From: an uncultured cyanobacterium
GTDB lineage: Bacteria; Cyanobacteriota; Cyanobacteriia; Cyanobacteriales; Nostocaceae
Assembly: GCA_963740315.1 (NCBI GenBank)
Contig: CAVUDP010000002.1
Span: 224,001 to 288,000, forward strand
Reading direction: 5' to 3'
Length of the DNA stretch: 64,000 nucleotides
Shown here: one piece after another, positions 32,485-42,727 of the stretch
Position numbering within the stretch: position 1 is the stretch's first letter
How the letters are laid out: each line of letters opens with the position of its first letter
Made by a program: the position numbers and the translations under genes
The notes under the pieces: model-generated
The model's database searches: none
The model's input: only the letters and a program-made list of their open reading frames with translations
What the model was told of the DNA's origin: nothing

Positions 32485-33027
32485 TCAATCTCCAATCAAT
32501 TCCACTCCATCTTTTCCATCGGTTTCTTGTAAGTAAACCTTGACAATTTCTTCTGCTGAGGTTGGTAGCTGTTTACCTATAAAATCTGGGTGAATTGGTA
32601 CTTGACGATGACCTCTATCTACTAAAACAGCTAAACGAATTACTTCTGGTCTGCCGTATTCGTTTACTGCATTTAAAGCAGCACGAGCGGTTCTTCCTTT
32701 GAATATGACATCATCAACAAGTACAACGGTTTTTCCTGTTAAATCAAAGGGTATGTTGGTTTTTGCTGGCGTTCTCAAACCAATTTTATCGAGGTCATCG
32801 CGATAAAATGTAATGTCTAACGCACCTACCGCTACATTCACGTCTTCAAGTCCTTCAATTTGACTTGCTAATAAATTGGCTAATGGCACTCCTCTAGTAT
32901 AAATACCTATTAGTACCAGTTGGGATAAATCGCGGGTTCTTTCGACTATTTCAGAAGCAAGTCTTCTCAAGGTACGACGAAGTTCTTCTGATGAAAGTAT
33001 TTTGACTACTTTAAGGGACACGCTCAT
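32485..33027 (-). CDS. pyrR: Pyrimidine operon regulator/uracil phosphoribosyltransferase
   Basis: [38 protein letters not shown]. Confidence 0.96.
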   Translation of the reverse strand: MSVSLKVVKILSSEELRRTLRRLASEIVERTRDLSQLVLIGIYTRGVPLANLLASQIEGLEDVNVAVGALDITFYRDDLDKIGLRTPAKTNIPFDLTGKTVVLVDDVIFKGRTARAALNAVNEYGRPEVIRLAVLVDRGHRQVPIHPDFIGKQLPTSAEEIVKVYLQETDGKDGVELIGD

Positions 33028-33144
33028 AAACTGATTTCACTGAGTCATTAATTATACGATACTTTGGAGAAGTTAGGTAATGGGCAAGACTTTTTTCTCC
33101 GACAAATCGATCGGAATCCCAAACCGAATTTCCTATATTTATAA

Positions 33145-34116
33145 TTACCTTTTTATTGTTAATAAGAGTAGAGATGCAGCCCCCCCCAACCACAGTAAAA
33201 AAGAATATTTAGTCAGTTGTAAAGCAGTTTTAATGGAATTTGAAGTAATCGGATGAATCGCATCTCCGAGCAAAGGTTTGATTTTGGCTACTCCACGATA
33301 CCAATTAGTACCTCCCATTTGTACGCCTAATATTGCAGCATAAGCGCATTCACTCCAGCCAGAATTAGGACTTGAATCTTTAGGCGCATCTCGCTGACAA
33401 ATTTTAATTATATGAAGGGGTTTACGAGATAGTAAAGCTAGAGTTATAACTGTTAACCGACAAGGAAACCAAGTTAAACAATCTTCTAAACGAGCGCTGA
33501 ACCATCCTAAATTAATATATGGAACTTCACGATAACCAATCATAGAATCAAGAGTGCTGCTCGCTTTATATGCTAAAGCTAAGGTCGAAGGTCTAATTAT
33601 TGGTACAAACGCACCAACTACGGCATAAAAAAGAGGAGCCATTACGCCATCAGTCGCGTTTTCTGTTACTGTTTCTAAGACTGCTCGTAGAATTTCAAGG
33701 TCAGTGAGATTTTGCGTATCTCGACCAACAAAATTACTGAGAATAGAACGCGATCGCTCAATATTTCCTGCTTCTAAAGGCTGTAAAACTGTTTCGGCTG
33801 CTATTCTTAAACTTTTGAGGGCAAAGCAGCTAGCTAATAAGATACTTTCTATAAAGATTCCTAATATTGGATGAACCCACATAGCAGATTGGATTATTAA
33901 CCAGCCCATTACACCGCTACCTATTACCAAAAATATAGTTATTGCTATTCCAGCTAAACGTTGTGTTAAGGAATTATGACAATATTTAAGAGCAAATTTA
34001 GTTAAGCGAGAAATAAACCAACCCATTACTTGTACGGGATGAATCCAATTCCACGGATCGCCTATCAAGTAATCTAAACTAGCAGCAAGGAATAGGACAA
34101 CAGAGGAAGATGTCAT
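33145..34116 (-). CDS. cbiB: Adenosylcobinamide-phosphate synthase CbiB/CobD
   Basis: DYLIGDP..HPV, ETVTENATDGVMAPLFY, LDSMIGY, SPNSGWSE. Confidence 0.95.
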   Translation of the reverse strand: MTSSSVVLFLAASLDYLIGDPWNWIHPVQVMGWFISRLTKFALKYCHNSLTQRLAGIAITIFLVIGSGVMGWLIIQSAMWVHPILGIFIESILLASCFALKSLRIAAETVLQPLEAGNIERSRSILSNFVGRDTQNLTDLEILRAVLETVTENATDGVMAPLFYAVVGAFVPIIRPSTLALAYKASSTLDSMIGYREVPYINLGWFSARLEDCLTWFPCRLTVITLALLSRKPLHIIKICQRDAPKDSSPNSGWSECAYAAILGVQMGGTNWYRGVAKIKPLLGDAIHPITSNSIKTALQLTKYSFLLWLGGAASLLLLTIKR

Positions 34117-34208
34117 TGCGGAGTTTTATGGATGGATATTTGGTAAAAGTGTCAATATAGCCGCAATAAATCCCAAAAAAATGCTATGTGACGGCTAATA
34201 ATTGACAA

Positions 34209-34652
34209 CTAAACCACAAAACTAGCTTCTTCTCCAAGGGAAGCTTGCCAGCTGCGAGCATCATAATAAAGGTCTGCCAAAGTAATACTGTATAATGCTT
34301 CCTTAAGCTTTTGAGATAGTCGATGCCAAACACTAAAAGTTACCCAATCAACAGAAGCTTGTGGGTAAGCTTGATGATGAGGTAAAGGTTCAATTGTTTC
34401 GCCAACTGCTTCTAAAATTTCTCCTAAAGATATTTTGACAGGTTCTCGCGCTAATTGGTATCCACCATCTTTACCGCGAATTGATTTAACTAATCCAGCA
34501 CGACGCATTTCTATTAGCAGCTTTTCGAGATAAGGAGCGGGAATATTTTGACGGCTTGCAATAACTTTAGTTGATGCGGGACGATTATTTTGCTGCAAGC
34601 TCAAATCTAGTAACGCTTTTACACTGTAGTGTCCTTTAGTGGTAAGTTTCAT
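34209..34652 (-). CDS. Rrf2-family transcriptional regulator (Cys-less cyanobacterial type)
   Basis: MKLTTKGHY, YLEKLL..LVKSIRG..GGYQLA; contains no cysteine. Confidence 0.92.
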   Translation of the reverse strand: MKLTTKGHYSVKALLDLSLQQNNRPASTKVIASRQNIPAPYLEKLLIEMRRAGLVKSIRGKDGGYQLAREPVKISLGEILEAVGETIEPLPHHQAYPQASVDWVTFSVWHRLSQKLKEALYSITLADLYYDARSWQASLGEEASFVV

Positions 34653-35085
34653 TCAAATTGTGCAACGTTTAATGTTTTACTTGTTAAATGTGGATACTTT
34701 ATGCTTATCAAACTGCTTTTTCCTATCAAAGGAATCTTGCCGAGCAATATTTACCGCTCCTCGTTGCTCTAAAATTTCAATAAATATAGTGTAGCAGCAT
34801 AAAGTATGATAAACCTTTTGCAATAAGAGTTAACACTATCTATCAAAGAAAAAATTTCTTATATAGTTATCGTTATTGCTTTGCTTTTTGGTTCGATTTT
34901 TTTAATAGCCTCAATCGAGGTAAGTAATTTGCATGGTTAAAACTTTCAATCAAAAAACCCGAGTCTAATATTGTTGCCAGCGGAAAAAAAATAAAAATCA
35001 TCATTTAGAGTGTTCTTAATACCTCAATGTCAGTTAAAATGAAATCGATTCCACCACATCCATCGTTAATTTTCGATTTAAGTTG

Positions 35086-35487
35086 ATGGCTAAACAGAAA
35101 AAAATTGAACCTCTAGTCGGCGAAGATCTACTCAAGAAAGTAAAAGAGCTTGAAAATATAAGCAAAGAAGATAAAGCCAAACAGTGCGGCTACTATACCG
35201 TTACCAAAAATGGTATAGAGCGCGTTAACATGATGAAATTCTTGAATGCCCTAATTGATGCTGAAGGTATTCAGTTAGATAGCTCTTCTGGTGCTAATGG
35301 GCGTGGAGGACGCAGTGCTAGCTATAGAATTAGCGTGCAGTCTAATGGTAATTTATTGATAGGTTCTGCCTATACAAAACAGATGGGACTTAAATCAGGA
35401 GATGAATTTATCATTACTTTAGGTAAAAAGCACATCCGTCTAAAACAAGTAAACCCAGAAGATTTAGAAGAAGAAGAAGAAGAATAA
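35086..35487 (+). CDS. Cyanobacterial AbrB-like regulator (probably cyAbrB2/CalB clade)
   Basis: LLKKVKEL..AKQCGYY..RVNMMKFLNALIDAEG..YRISVQSNGNLLIGSAYT..GDEF. Confidence 0.92.
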   Translation: MAKQKKIEPLVGEDLLKKVKELENISKEDKAKQCGYYTVTKNGIERVNMMKFLNALIDAEGIQLDSSSGANGRGGRSASYRISVQSNGNLLIGSAYTKQMGLKSGDEFIITLGKKHIRLKQVNPEDLEEEEEE

Positions 35488-35564
35488 GCGAACCAATTAG
35501 TCATCCAATAATCAAACAAGACTGAATGTTGATTATTAGATAGACATTTGATATTACTTACTTC

Positions 35565-35601
35565 AAAAAAAAGCCAGTCGCCTCCATTGAGGGGACTGAC
35601 C
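35565..35601 (-). terminator. Intrinsic terminator on the minus strand (no annotated gene upstream)
   Basis: GGTCAGTCCCCTC-aatg-GAGGCGACTGGC followed by T8 on the minus strand. Confidence 0.65.
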
Positions 35602-35930
35602 CTTTACACCTCGTGTTATTCGAGTGAATTCTTGTCTTCGACTGCTACCGATAAATAATGGTAAAGTCGGGAACGTTTACTCACCGCTCTATAAACGTAA
35701 AAACCAACCGAGAGCCTGTTATAAACAATAAATTAACGGTTTACTCTTAGTTGAGATACTAATATCGGTAAATTTCCTACGGCTTCAAAAGCTATGGGAT
35801 ATAACTTCCGGTTTTTAGCAATTAATCGATAAAAAAGTAAGTGCAGATAATATCGGTACGAAAATCCATAAAGATTTAGTCGCGATCGATAATGCACGAT
35901 TGAGGTTGAGGATAATTTGGTTTAAATTCA

Positions 35931-36043
35931 TATCTTGCACCTAATAGTGAAACCCGGTTTCTTTTTGTAAAAACACGATTTTTTCGTTGTGCAATGAGCA
36001 AGAAACCGGGTTTATTTGGGCTTGTTGAGTATGGTACAAGATA
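35931..36043. mobile_element. MITE-like element
   Basis: Terminal inverted repeats TATCTTGCACC / GGTACAAGATA (1 mismatch); internal AAACCCGGTTTCTT..AAGAAACCGGGTTT palindrome. Confidence 0.6.
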
Positions 36044-36139
36044 TCGTTTTAAATAAAAATTGCGGTTAATATCTTCTGTATTGAGGATATCAATTCATTG
36101 TTATTTCAATTAACTATGAAAATACCACTAAGAGTGGAT

Positions 36140-36153
36140 GTAACTTATGATAC
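36140..36153. promoter_or_regulatory. Candidate NtcA box
   Basis: tGTA-ACTTATGA-TACt in a long intergenic region. Confidence 0.4.
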
Positions 36154-37071
36154 TTTTGCTTTTAATTAACTGTAGCTGCCTTTAGACTTTTAATGGTTTC
36201 GGGCAGCTTTTTTGTATTCATAACAAAATATACTTCATATACTCAAATCAGCAATATTATTTATTAATAAACAATATAGATGTGCGAGAAAATAGTTTAG
36301 AGAATGTAACAGATATGTTAATTAATTATTTAAGCATTATGAAATATTATTGAAATTTTGCTCAATGAGTTTACAGTTATTTATATTTATTTAATCAACC
36401 TATAAGTTAGACATATGAGCCAAATCTATTTATATCTATATCTAAATCTAAAATTAAATTGAGAAATTTTCAGATGCGATTAGTAAAATTCTTGTTTGGA
36501 ATCATATGAAGCTATTTTAAGAAAAGTTCTTTTCTCTACTTTACTGCTCCGAGCTACTTTCATAAAAAGACCTTTCTGTAGCTACCTTCTTCGTTACAAT
36601 TTGCAGGTAATTTCTATGATTTATCCGATCGCTTTACAAAGCTTTGGTAAAAAAAGCTGTAATTGCTCAGAATTTTTGTGGAGGAGATGCTTAAATAGTA
36701 AATAGTAGATATCTGTTCAAGTCACAATGTCTATGAAAGCTAGCTTTGCAATTTATGGCAAGCAATGGCTTATCTTTGAAGTTCGGTGTAGTGAGGTCGT
36801 AAATATGTAGCATTTCACACATCCAATCGGATGAAAACAAAATTAATCGACAATTGCTTGATTCAAAACCTAAAATAGGCAAGGTCAGATTAATTTAAAA
36901 CTAGTTATACTCGTGTTGCACGATTAAAAAATTCTAAATCCAATAGAAAGAAGTTATGTATCGCGTATTGCTTATTTTTTACCACATTGCGGTGGTATAA
37001 GCGCAATATTATCAGTTATCAGTTATATCAATTGTTATACAGCGAGTAGAAAGAATAAGCGGACGAGGTAG

Positions 37072-37455
37072 ATGAACACACACACCTTTGATAATCATTA
37101 CGTTACTTGCCCCATTTGCCAGAAAAATCCTACGGCGAAAAAGCTAAAAAGTTGTACTGGATTATACAACTGTCCGTACTGTCAGGAAAGGTTGGTAGTA
37201 TGTCGCAGCGGTAATTACGTGCGCGATCCCTTCCCCTTAAAGCAAATTACGCTTTCATCTGTGCTACGTCGTCAAAGCCGACCTTTTGCACGAATTCTGC
37301 GGGATTTCGTATTTTTCAAGCATCCTTTGATCGCTTTTGTATTAGGAAGCGCTATTTTCTTGGGCACGATCGCAGTTACTCAAACAAATACTACCGAAAA
37401 GGGCAATCAAATTATTCCTAATGTAGAAAAAACGAATGATGCAGAAGACAAATAA
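37072..37455 (+). CDS. Zinc-ribbon membrane-anchored hypothetical protein
   Basis: CPIC..CPYC plus C-terminal TM helix; GAGG RBS. Confidence 0.8.
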   Translation: MNTHTFDNHYVTCPICQKNPTAKKLKSCTGLYNCPYCQERLVVCRSGNYVRDPFPLKQITLSSVLRRQSRPFARILRDFVFFKHPLIAFVLGSAIFLGTIAVTQTNTTEKGNQIIPNVEKTNDAEDK

Positions 37456-37611
37456 AGGATTCACTCGCCGAACGAAAATAAAATGATATTATCCATATTT
37501 ATATATAAAATTTGCGGCATATTTGATTAATTAAGCAACGAAGAAGTCAGGGGGGGGTATACCTAAGCACCCAACTCGGCGCGAGCAATATCTCGTTACT
37601 AGTTACTCACC

Positions 37612-39249
37612 CTATGGCTGATTTTTACCTTGTCCGGAAGTAGAATTCTTTGTGACAAAAATCCAACCTTCTTCTTTGGCGATTATTTCTTTTGAATCTA
37701 GTGGTAAATTTTTAAAAGTTTCTTCGTCAAGTAAGAAGTAAGGTTTTTTGTCTGTCTGCCAATAATATTTTAATTCATCTGGAGAGGCGCGTTTTATAGT
37801 ACCCTCACTGTAAAAATCTAATGATGGACGATTGCCTATTGAAGAAATGTAAATTGTTTTAACTCCGGGATTTGCTCGGGCTACCATTTGCACAACTGGC
37901 TTGACTGCATAATCTTCATTGAGTTCCCACACCCAGTAATTAGACTTTACAAATAATAGTAAAGATACATAAGTTCCCCATAAAAGAACTTTTATGAATT
38001 GTCTATCACCTCTTTGTGCCCTTAAGGCGGCTATTGCCATCGTTACGCTTAGAGAGGCGAATATCAGTTGCAAGTCGGCTGATGGCGTTGGACTCCAACT
38101 ATAGTAAGTGCTACCAACAGCTGAAATTACAGCCAAAAGGCTTAACATTACTACCCAAAATCGAGGAAAAGGCGTTAATAAAGGTAAATTTTCAACTTCA
38201 CCTAATTTTGCTCCAATTGCTAAAGCTATGCTTGGATAAATGGGGAAAACATACCAAGGAAGCTTGGTTCCCATCACGGAAATAGCTATCAGATAAACAC
38301 CACACCAAACTAATACAAGTTTCGCCCAACTGAGATTGCGACTTTCCCAAGCAAAACGTAAAGAAGCTGGCACAAAAATCAACCAGGGCCATGTATATTT
38401 GCAAATTTCTAGTACATAATACCAGGGTGGTCCTGAATGTCCTTCAACCGAAGTCCAAATACGGCTAAAGGATTGATTCATCATCCCTTGATTAATAAAA
38501 GAGTCTCTGTAAACCCACCACTGGGCACCATACCAAAAAGCTACGGGCGCAGCACCAATAAGCATTCCCATCCACATATACTTACTGTTGAGCAATCGCG
38601 GCGTATCCCAAAATAGATATATCAGCGCCACTGCACCCAGCAATAATCCTAAAATGCTTTTAGTCAGACAAATCAGCGCAAAACCGATGCCTACCCCCAA
38701 GCAATAGCGTAAATTACGACGCGATCGCAATACGCATAAGAGCATCACCATAAAAAAGAAAACCGCCGCACCATCTAACATAGCCAGTCTTCCGTGACGT
38801 ACTACTGGCAACATTGTGAGATAAACTAAAGCGCTGTAAATAGCACAAATGCGTCGATGAAATATTTCTCTGCCAATACTATATAGAAAAGGTACTGAAA
38901 GAGCTGTTAAAATTGCACCTGGTAAACGTGTCGTCCACTCGTTTACACCACCTAGTGAATAAGCCCAGGCGATCGTTAAATGCATCAATGGTGGTTTGTT
39001 GTGATACGGTTCACCACCCAGAGTCGGGAAAAGCCATCGCATCTCGCTAGCGGGGGCATCTTTCAATTCACGTGCAACCTGTGCAATAGTGCCTTCGTCC
39101 CAGTCACGTAGCGGCAATACTCCGAGATTGAGAGTAAAAAGTAGTACTGCCGCTATCAGGAGTATTACTATCCATGTTCTATCTATCCGTTTGTCAATCC
39201 TACGATACTGTTTTTCAACGCGATCCCAAATAAAGCTTCCTTTTTGCAT
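37612..39249 (-). CDS. ArnT/PMT-like integral membrane glycosyltransferase
   Basis: DWDEG, NKPPL, EWTTRLP, AMLD, TKLPWYVFP; many TM segments. Confidence 0.9.
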   Translation of the reverse strand: MQKGSFIWDRVEKQYRRIDKRIDRTWIVILLIAAVLLFTLNLGVLPLRDWDEGTIAQVARELKDAPASEMRWLFPTLGGEPYHNKPPLMHLTIAWAYSLGGVNEWTTRLPGAILTALSVPFLYSIGREIFHRRICAIYSALVYLTMLPVVRHGRLAMLDGAAVFFFMVMLLCVLRSRRNLRYCLGVGIGFALICLTKSILGLLLGAVALIYLFWDTPRLLNSKYMWMGMLIGAAPVAFWYGAQWWVYRDSFINQGMMNQSFSRIWTSVEGHSGPPWYYVLEICKYTWPWLIFVPASLRFAWESRNLSWAKLVLVWCGVYLIAISVMGTKLPWYVFPIYPSIALAIGAKLGEVENLPLLTPFPRFWVVMLSLLAVISAVGSTYYSWSPTPSADLQLIFASLSVTMAIAALRAQRGDRQFIKVLLWGTYVSLLLFVKSNYWVWELNEDYAVKPVVQMVARANPGVKTIYISSIGNRPSLDFYSEGTIKRASPDELKYYWQTDKKPYFLLDEETFKNLPLDSKEIIAKEEGWIFVTKNSTSGQGKNQP

Positions 39250-39514
39250 AAACTAGGACAATCGTTTTAAATCGCTGCTTAAATGATGGAGAAACTGAAT
39301 ACTGAATCTCCAATAATAACATTCGCTCGAAGTACTATCTTTTCATTATCTCTTTAAATCTAATTTATTTATGTTTTTTTTCTAAATTTTAGATTTTTTT
39401 TTCAAGCAAAATAATTAGGTCAGCTTTATAAAAAGTTAAATATTATTTACTGATGAAAAAATAAGACTGAATATTACCAATATTAAAGATTTAATTCTGG
39501 GGAATTTGAATAAT

Positions 39515-41029
39515 ATGAATCTACCTTTTATCTTGGATATCGCTTTAGGTTTAGTATTTACATACCTGATACTGAGTTTATTAGCTTCGGAGATGCAAGA
39601 ACTAATTGCCACATTATTACAATGGCGGGCGGCACATCTCCGAAAATCTATTGAGATTCTACTTGCAGGCGGAATTCGCAATCCTGAAGAAGCAAAAATA
39701 ATTCAATTAGTAAATCAAATTTATGGCAATCCTTTAGTTAGAAATATTAATCAAGAAGCGAAAGGATTTTTAGCAACTTTACCTAGAAAAGCTACTTGGG
39801 CGTTTTCTTCCTTAACCCGTCCGTTAAAAATAGCACGTCCTGGAACAACTAAGGACGAAACGATTTTTGGAAATGGTAAACATAGCGGTCCATCATATAT
39901 TCCTGCGGATATTTATGCAACGACTTTGATGGAAACCTTGCAAATTCCTGATTTTTCTCAAAAACTGTCGGAATCAAGGTTAGAAAAGTTTAAAAACGAA
40001 AGACTCGCCGAATTACAAAGTATTTTATTTGATTTAGAAGCACAAGTACAAGGTGATGAAAAGTTTACTAATTTTTTGAATCTAATTTATCAAGAATTTG
40101 CCGAAATGCAGGCTGATTTTGAGAAAATTTTGTGGAACTACAACCAAAAGAAAGCCAGCTTGAATACCAGTATAAATCGCATGGCAGAAAGTATCGATAG
40201 GTATATAGATACTTGGGAAGAAATACCAGAAAGTAAATATTCTAAGAAAGCCGTGCGAAGGTTAAAGTTTTTAAGACAAGATATGTTTGCTTCAGAAGAA
40301 AGAGCAATTACATTAGGAGGTTTACAGCCAAATGTCGGCGAAATCGTTCAATTAATGAAAAAAGGTAGTGCAGTTTATCAAGAATTTGAACAGGCAATTA
40401 AAGATAAAGATAAACAAACTTACCAAAACTTTCAGCAATTAACCAGTCTTTTACCGGAATCGATAACAGAAAATTTGACTGTTTTAGCTCATCGCACTAA
40501 AGCCAAAATTGATAAAACAGAATCTGGAATTAATGTATTAAGACAAGAAATGGAAAACACCTTTAATAGTTCTATGGAAAGAGCTACTGGAGTTTACAGA
40601 CGCAATGCCAAAGGAGTGGCGATATTAATTGGTATTGCGATCGCTGTGGCAGCAAACGCCGATGCATTTCACATGGTAAGCAGACTTTCTACAGATTCAG
40701 CCCTAAGAAATACAATTGTGAATAATGCCGGACAAATATTAGTTAAAAACCAGGAAAATTTGAATTACGTAGATATTGGAACCCTTAGAAGCCAAACAGA
40801 AGAAGCTTTATTAGATATATCTTTACCTATTGGTTGGACTAAAACCAACATTAAACAGCAAATAGGTTCATTACCATCGCGCAACGCTGGTATTATGCCT
40901 TTTTTGACATTTGCCCGTGCAATTCCCGGTTGGATTATTAGCGGTATTGCGATCGCAATGGGTGCGCCTTTCTGGTTTGATTTAATTAGTAAAATTTCCA
41001 ACGTGCGGAATACTGGGAAGAAGCCTTAG
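39515..41029 (+). CDS. Conserved membrane hypothetical protein
   Basis: LDIALGLVFTYLILSLLASEMQE..R; PSYIP; LPIGW; GWIISGIAIAMGAPFWFDL. Confidence 0.85.
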   Translation: MNLPFILDIALGLVFTYLILSLLASEMQELIATLLQWRAAHLRKSIEILLAGGIRNPEEAKIIQLVNQIYGNPLVRNINQEAKGFLATLPRKATWAFSSLTRPLKIARPGTTKDETIFGNGKHSGPSYIPADIYATTLMETLQIPDFSQKLSESRLEKFKNERLAELQSILFDLEAQVQGDEKFTNFLNLIYQEFAEMQADFEKILWNYNQKKASLNTSINRMAESIDRYIDTWEEIPESKYSKKAVRRLKFLRQDMFASEERAITLGGLQPNVGEIVQLMKKGSAVYQEFEQAIKDKDKQTYQNFQQLTSLLPESITENLTVLAHRTKAKIDKTESGINVLRQEMENTFNSSMERATGVYRRNAKGVAILIGIAIAVAANADAFHMVSRLSTDSALRNTIVNNAGQILVKNQENLNYVDIGTLRSQTEEALLDISLPIGWTKTNIKQQIGSLPSRNAGIMPFLTFARAIPGWIISGIAIAMGAPFWFDLISKISNVRNTGKKP

Positions 41030-41052
41030 TTGGGGAGAGGGGGGGATGGGGA

Positions 41053-41103
41053 GTACTTCGACAAGTCTTACAGTGAGCTACGTCGAACTGCTCAGTAACC
41101 TTT
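41053..41103 (+). repeat. 51-bp dispersed hairpin element, fourth copy
   Basis: Identical to the 25457 element; again inside a GGGGAGAT array. Confidence 0.9.
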
Positions 41104-41351
41104 GGGGAGATGGGGAGATGGGGGGATGGGGGGATGGGGAGATGGGGGGATGGGGAGAGGGGGGAGAGGGGGAGAGGGGGAGATGGGGAGATGGGGGGAT
41201 GGGGGGAATAATTTTTAATCCCAATTACCAATTACCAATTCGCAATTCGCAATTCGCAATTCGCAATTATTAATTACCAATTACCAATTACCAATGCCCA
41301 ATGCCCAATGCCCAATTCCCCATGCCCAATGCCCAATGCCCGATTCGCAAT

Positions 41352-42647
41352 TTAAAAAATAAATATAATTTGTAAATTCCAATCTTTATCTTGACGAATA
41401 ATTTCGATTTGACGAATAAATTCTCTGAAATAAAATCTTCTTTCTGTTTCTGATAAGTCTAACCAGAATTGCGGTATTGAAACTGCTTGAGCAACGGAAC
41501 GTAAATTAACTGGTGGCAATATTGCTAATTGTGCTTGAAGTTTAGATATTTCGGCGCGGAGTTTATAAATTCTGATTTTGGCAGTTTCTTCATCTAAGAT
41601 ACCAGTTTCTACTAACGTCGGTATTTGTTCTAGTATTTTTTGTTGACGAACGATCGCTTCGGTTAAATTGTTTTTTACTTCATCAGAATATGGAAAGTCG
41701 ATCTTTTCTACGGCTTGAGGTAAGTCACGACAAACTGTTTCAATAGTGTTTTCTAATACTTCTTGGTAAGAAATAGCACGGCATTTGGGGTTTTGAGAAC
41801 AGTTAATCGGACGTAAATAAAGATACTCCTTTTTTTGTCGATGAAGGGTAACGCGAGTGACGCTCATGTGCGATCGACACTGACTACAAACAACCAAACC
41901 TGCTAACGAACGTGGGGCACTTGCTGTACGAGATGGTAAACGACTGTTACGGCGCAAAAGTCGATCGATTTGGGCTGCTTCTTCACGAGAAACGATCGCA
42001 CTGTGGGTATCGCGGATAATTTCTCCGTTGCGGTAAGCTGTGTCGCCGCGATATACAGGATTAAATAACCAGCGTCTTCCAGTAGTAACTGAGATTTTTT
42101 TTCCGTATTTTTTCGCTAAATGTCGCACAGAACCACGTAGCGATCCATACAGCAAAAAGTTATCGAAAAATTCTTTAACTACCGGGGAAGTACTGCGATC
42201 GATGGTATATTTTACTTTGCCGCGACGGTAGCCGTAGGGTGCTTTACCCGGTGGCGGTGCAGCATCCAAACGATTGCGGGCGTATGCTTTGCGGATACGA
42301 AGACTGTGTTCTTGTTTTTTAATTTCGTGTAATAGTTTGAGTAAATTAGCGTGGGTGTTAGTACCTTTTTTCGCGGAATTGTAATTTTGTTCTACTGCTA
42401 TAAGAGTTATTCCCATCGCTTCAAATTGGGCAAGACGCGATGTTATTTGCTCAACCGAATCTCCCAACTCTTCCAAGCGTCGGATAAAAACGCGATCGGG
42501 AGGATTTGTTTGAGTGTCTGCGAATAATTGTTCTAATTCAAACCTTTGTCCCAAATCTTGGTAAATTTTATCTACTTCCCACCCTAAACTTGCAGGTGAG
42601 GGAGTTTGTTCTAATAAAGGATCGCTATAAGTGTATCCAAAATTCAT
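41352..42647 (-). CDS. Large serine-recombinase-family protein with degenerate catalytic N-terminus
   Basis: PPPGKAPYGY, recombinase domain NPVYRG..HSAIVS, zinc ribbon LAGLVVCSQC, coiled coil. Confidence 0.85.
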   Translation of the reverse strand: MNFGYTYSDPLLEQTPSPASLGWEVDKIYQDLGQRFELEQLFADTQTNPPDRVFIRRLEELGDSVEQITSRLAQFEAMGITLIAVEQNYNSAKKGTNTHANLLKLLHEIKKQEHSLRIRKAYARNRLDAAPPPGKAPYGYRRGKVKYTIDRSTSPVVKEFFDNFLLYGSLRGSVRHLAKKYGKKISVTTGRRWLFNPVYRGDTAYRNGEIIRDTHSAIVSREEAAQIDRLLRRNSRLPSRTASAPRSLAGLVVCSQCRSHMSVTRVTLHRQKKEYLYLRPINCSQNPKCRAISYQEVLENTIETVCRDLPQAVEKIDFPYSDEVKNNLTEAIVRQQKILEQIPTLVETGILDEETAKIRIYKLRAEISKLQAQLAILPPVNLRSVAQAVSIPQFWLDLSETERRFYFREFIRQIEIIRQDKDWNLQIIFIF

Positions 42648-42727
42648 AAAAAAGTCATTACCACCGGAGTTTCTCCCCCCTCTTCCCCCTCTCCCCCCTC
42701 TCCCCCCTCTCCCCCTCTCTCCACGAA

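Noticed and set aside
36496..36882. ORFs 36496-36705 and 36691-36882
   Set aside because: Non-ATG starts, no recognisable motifs, AT-rich intergenic context
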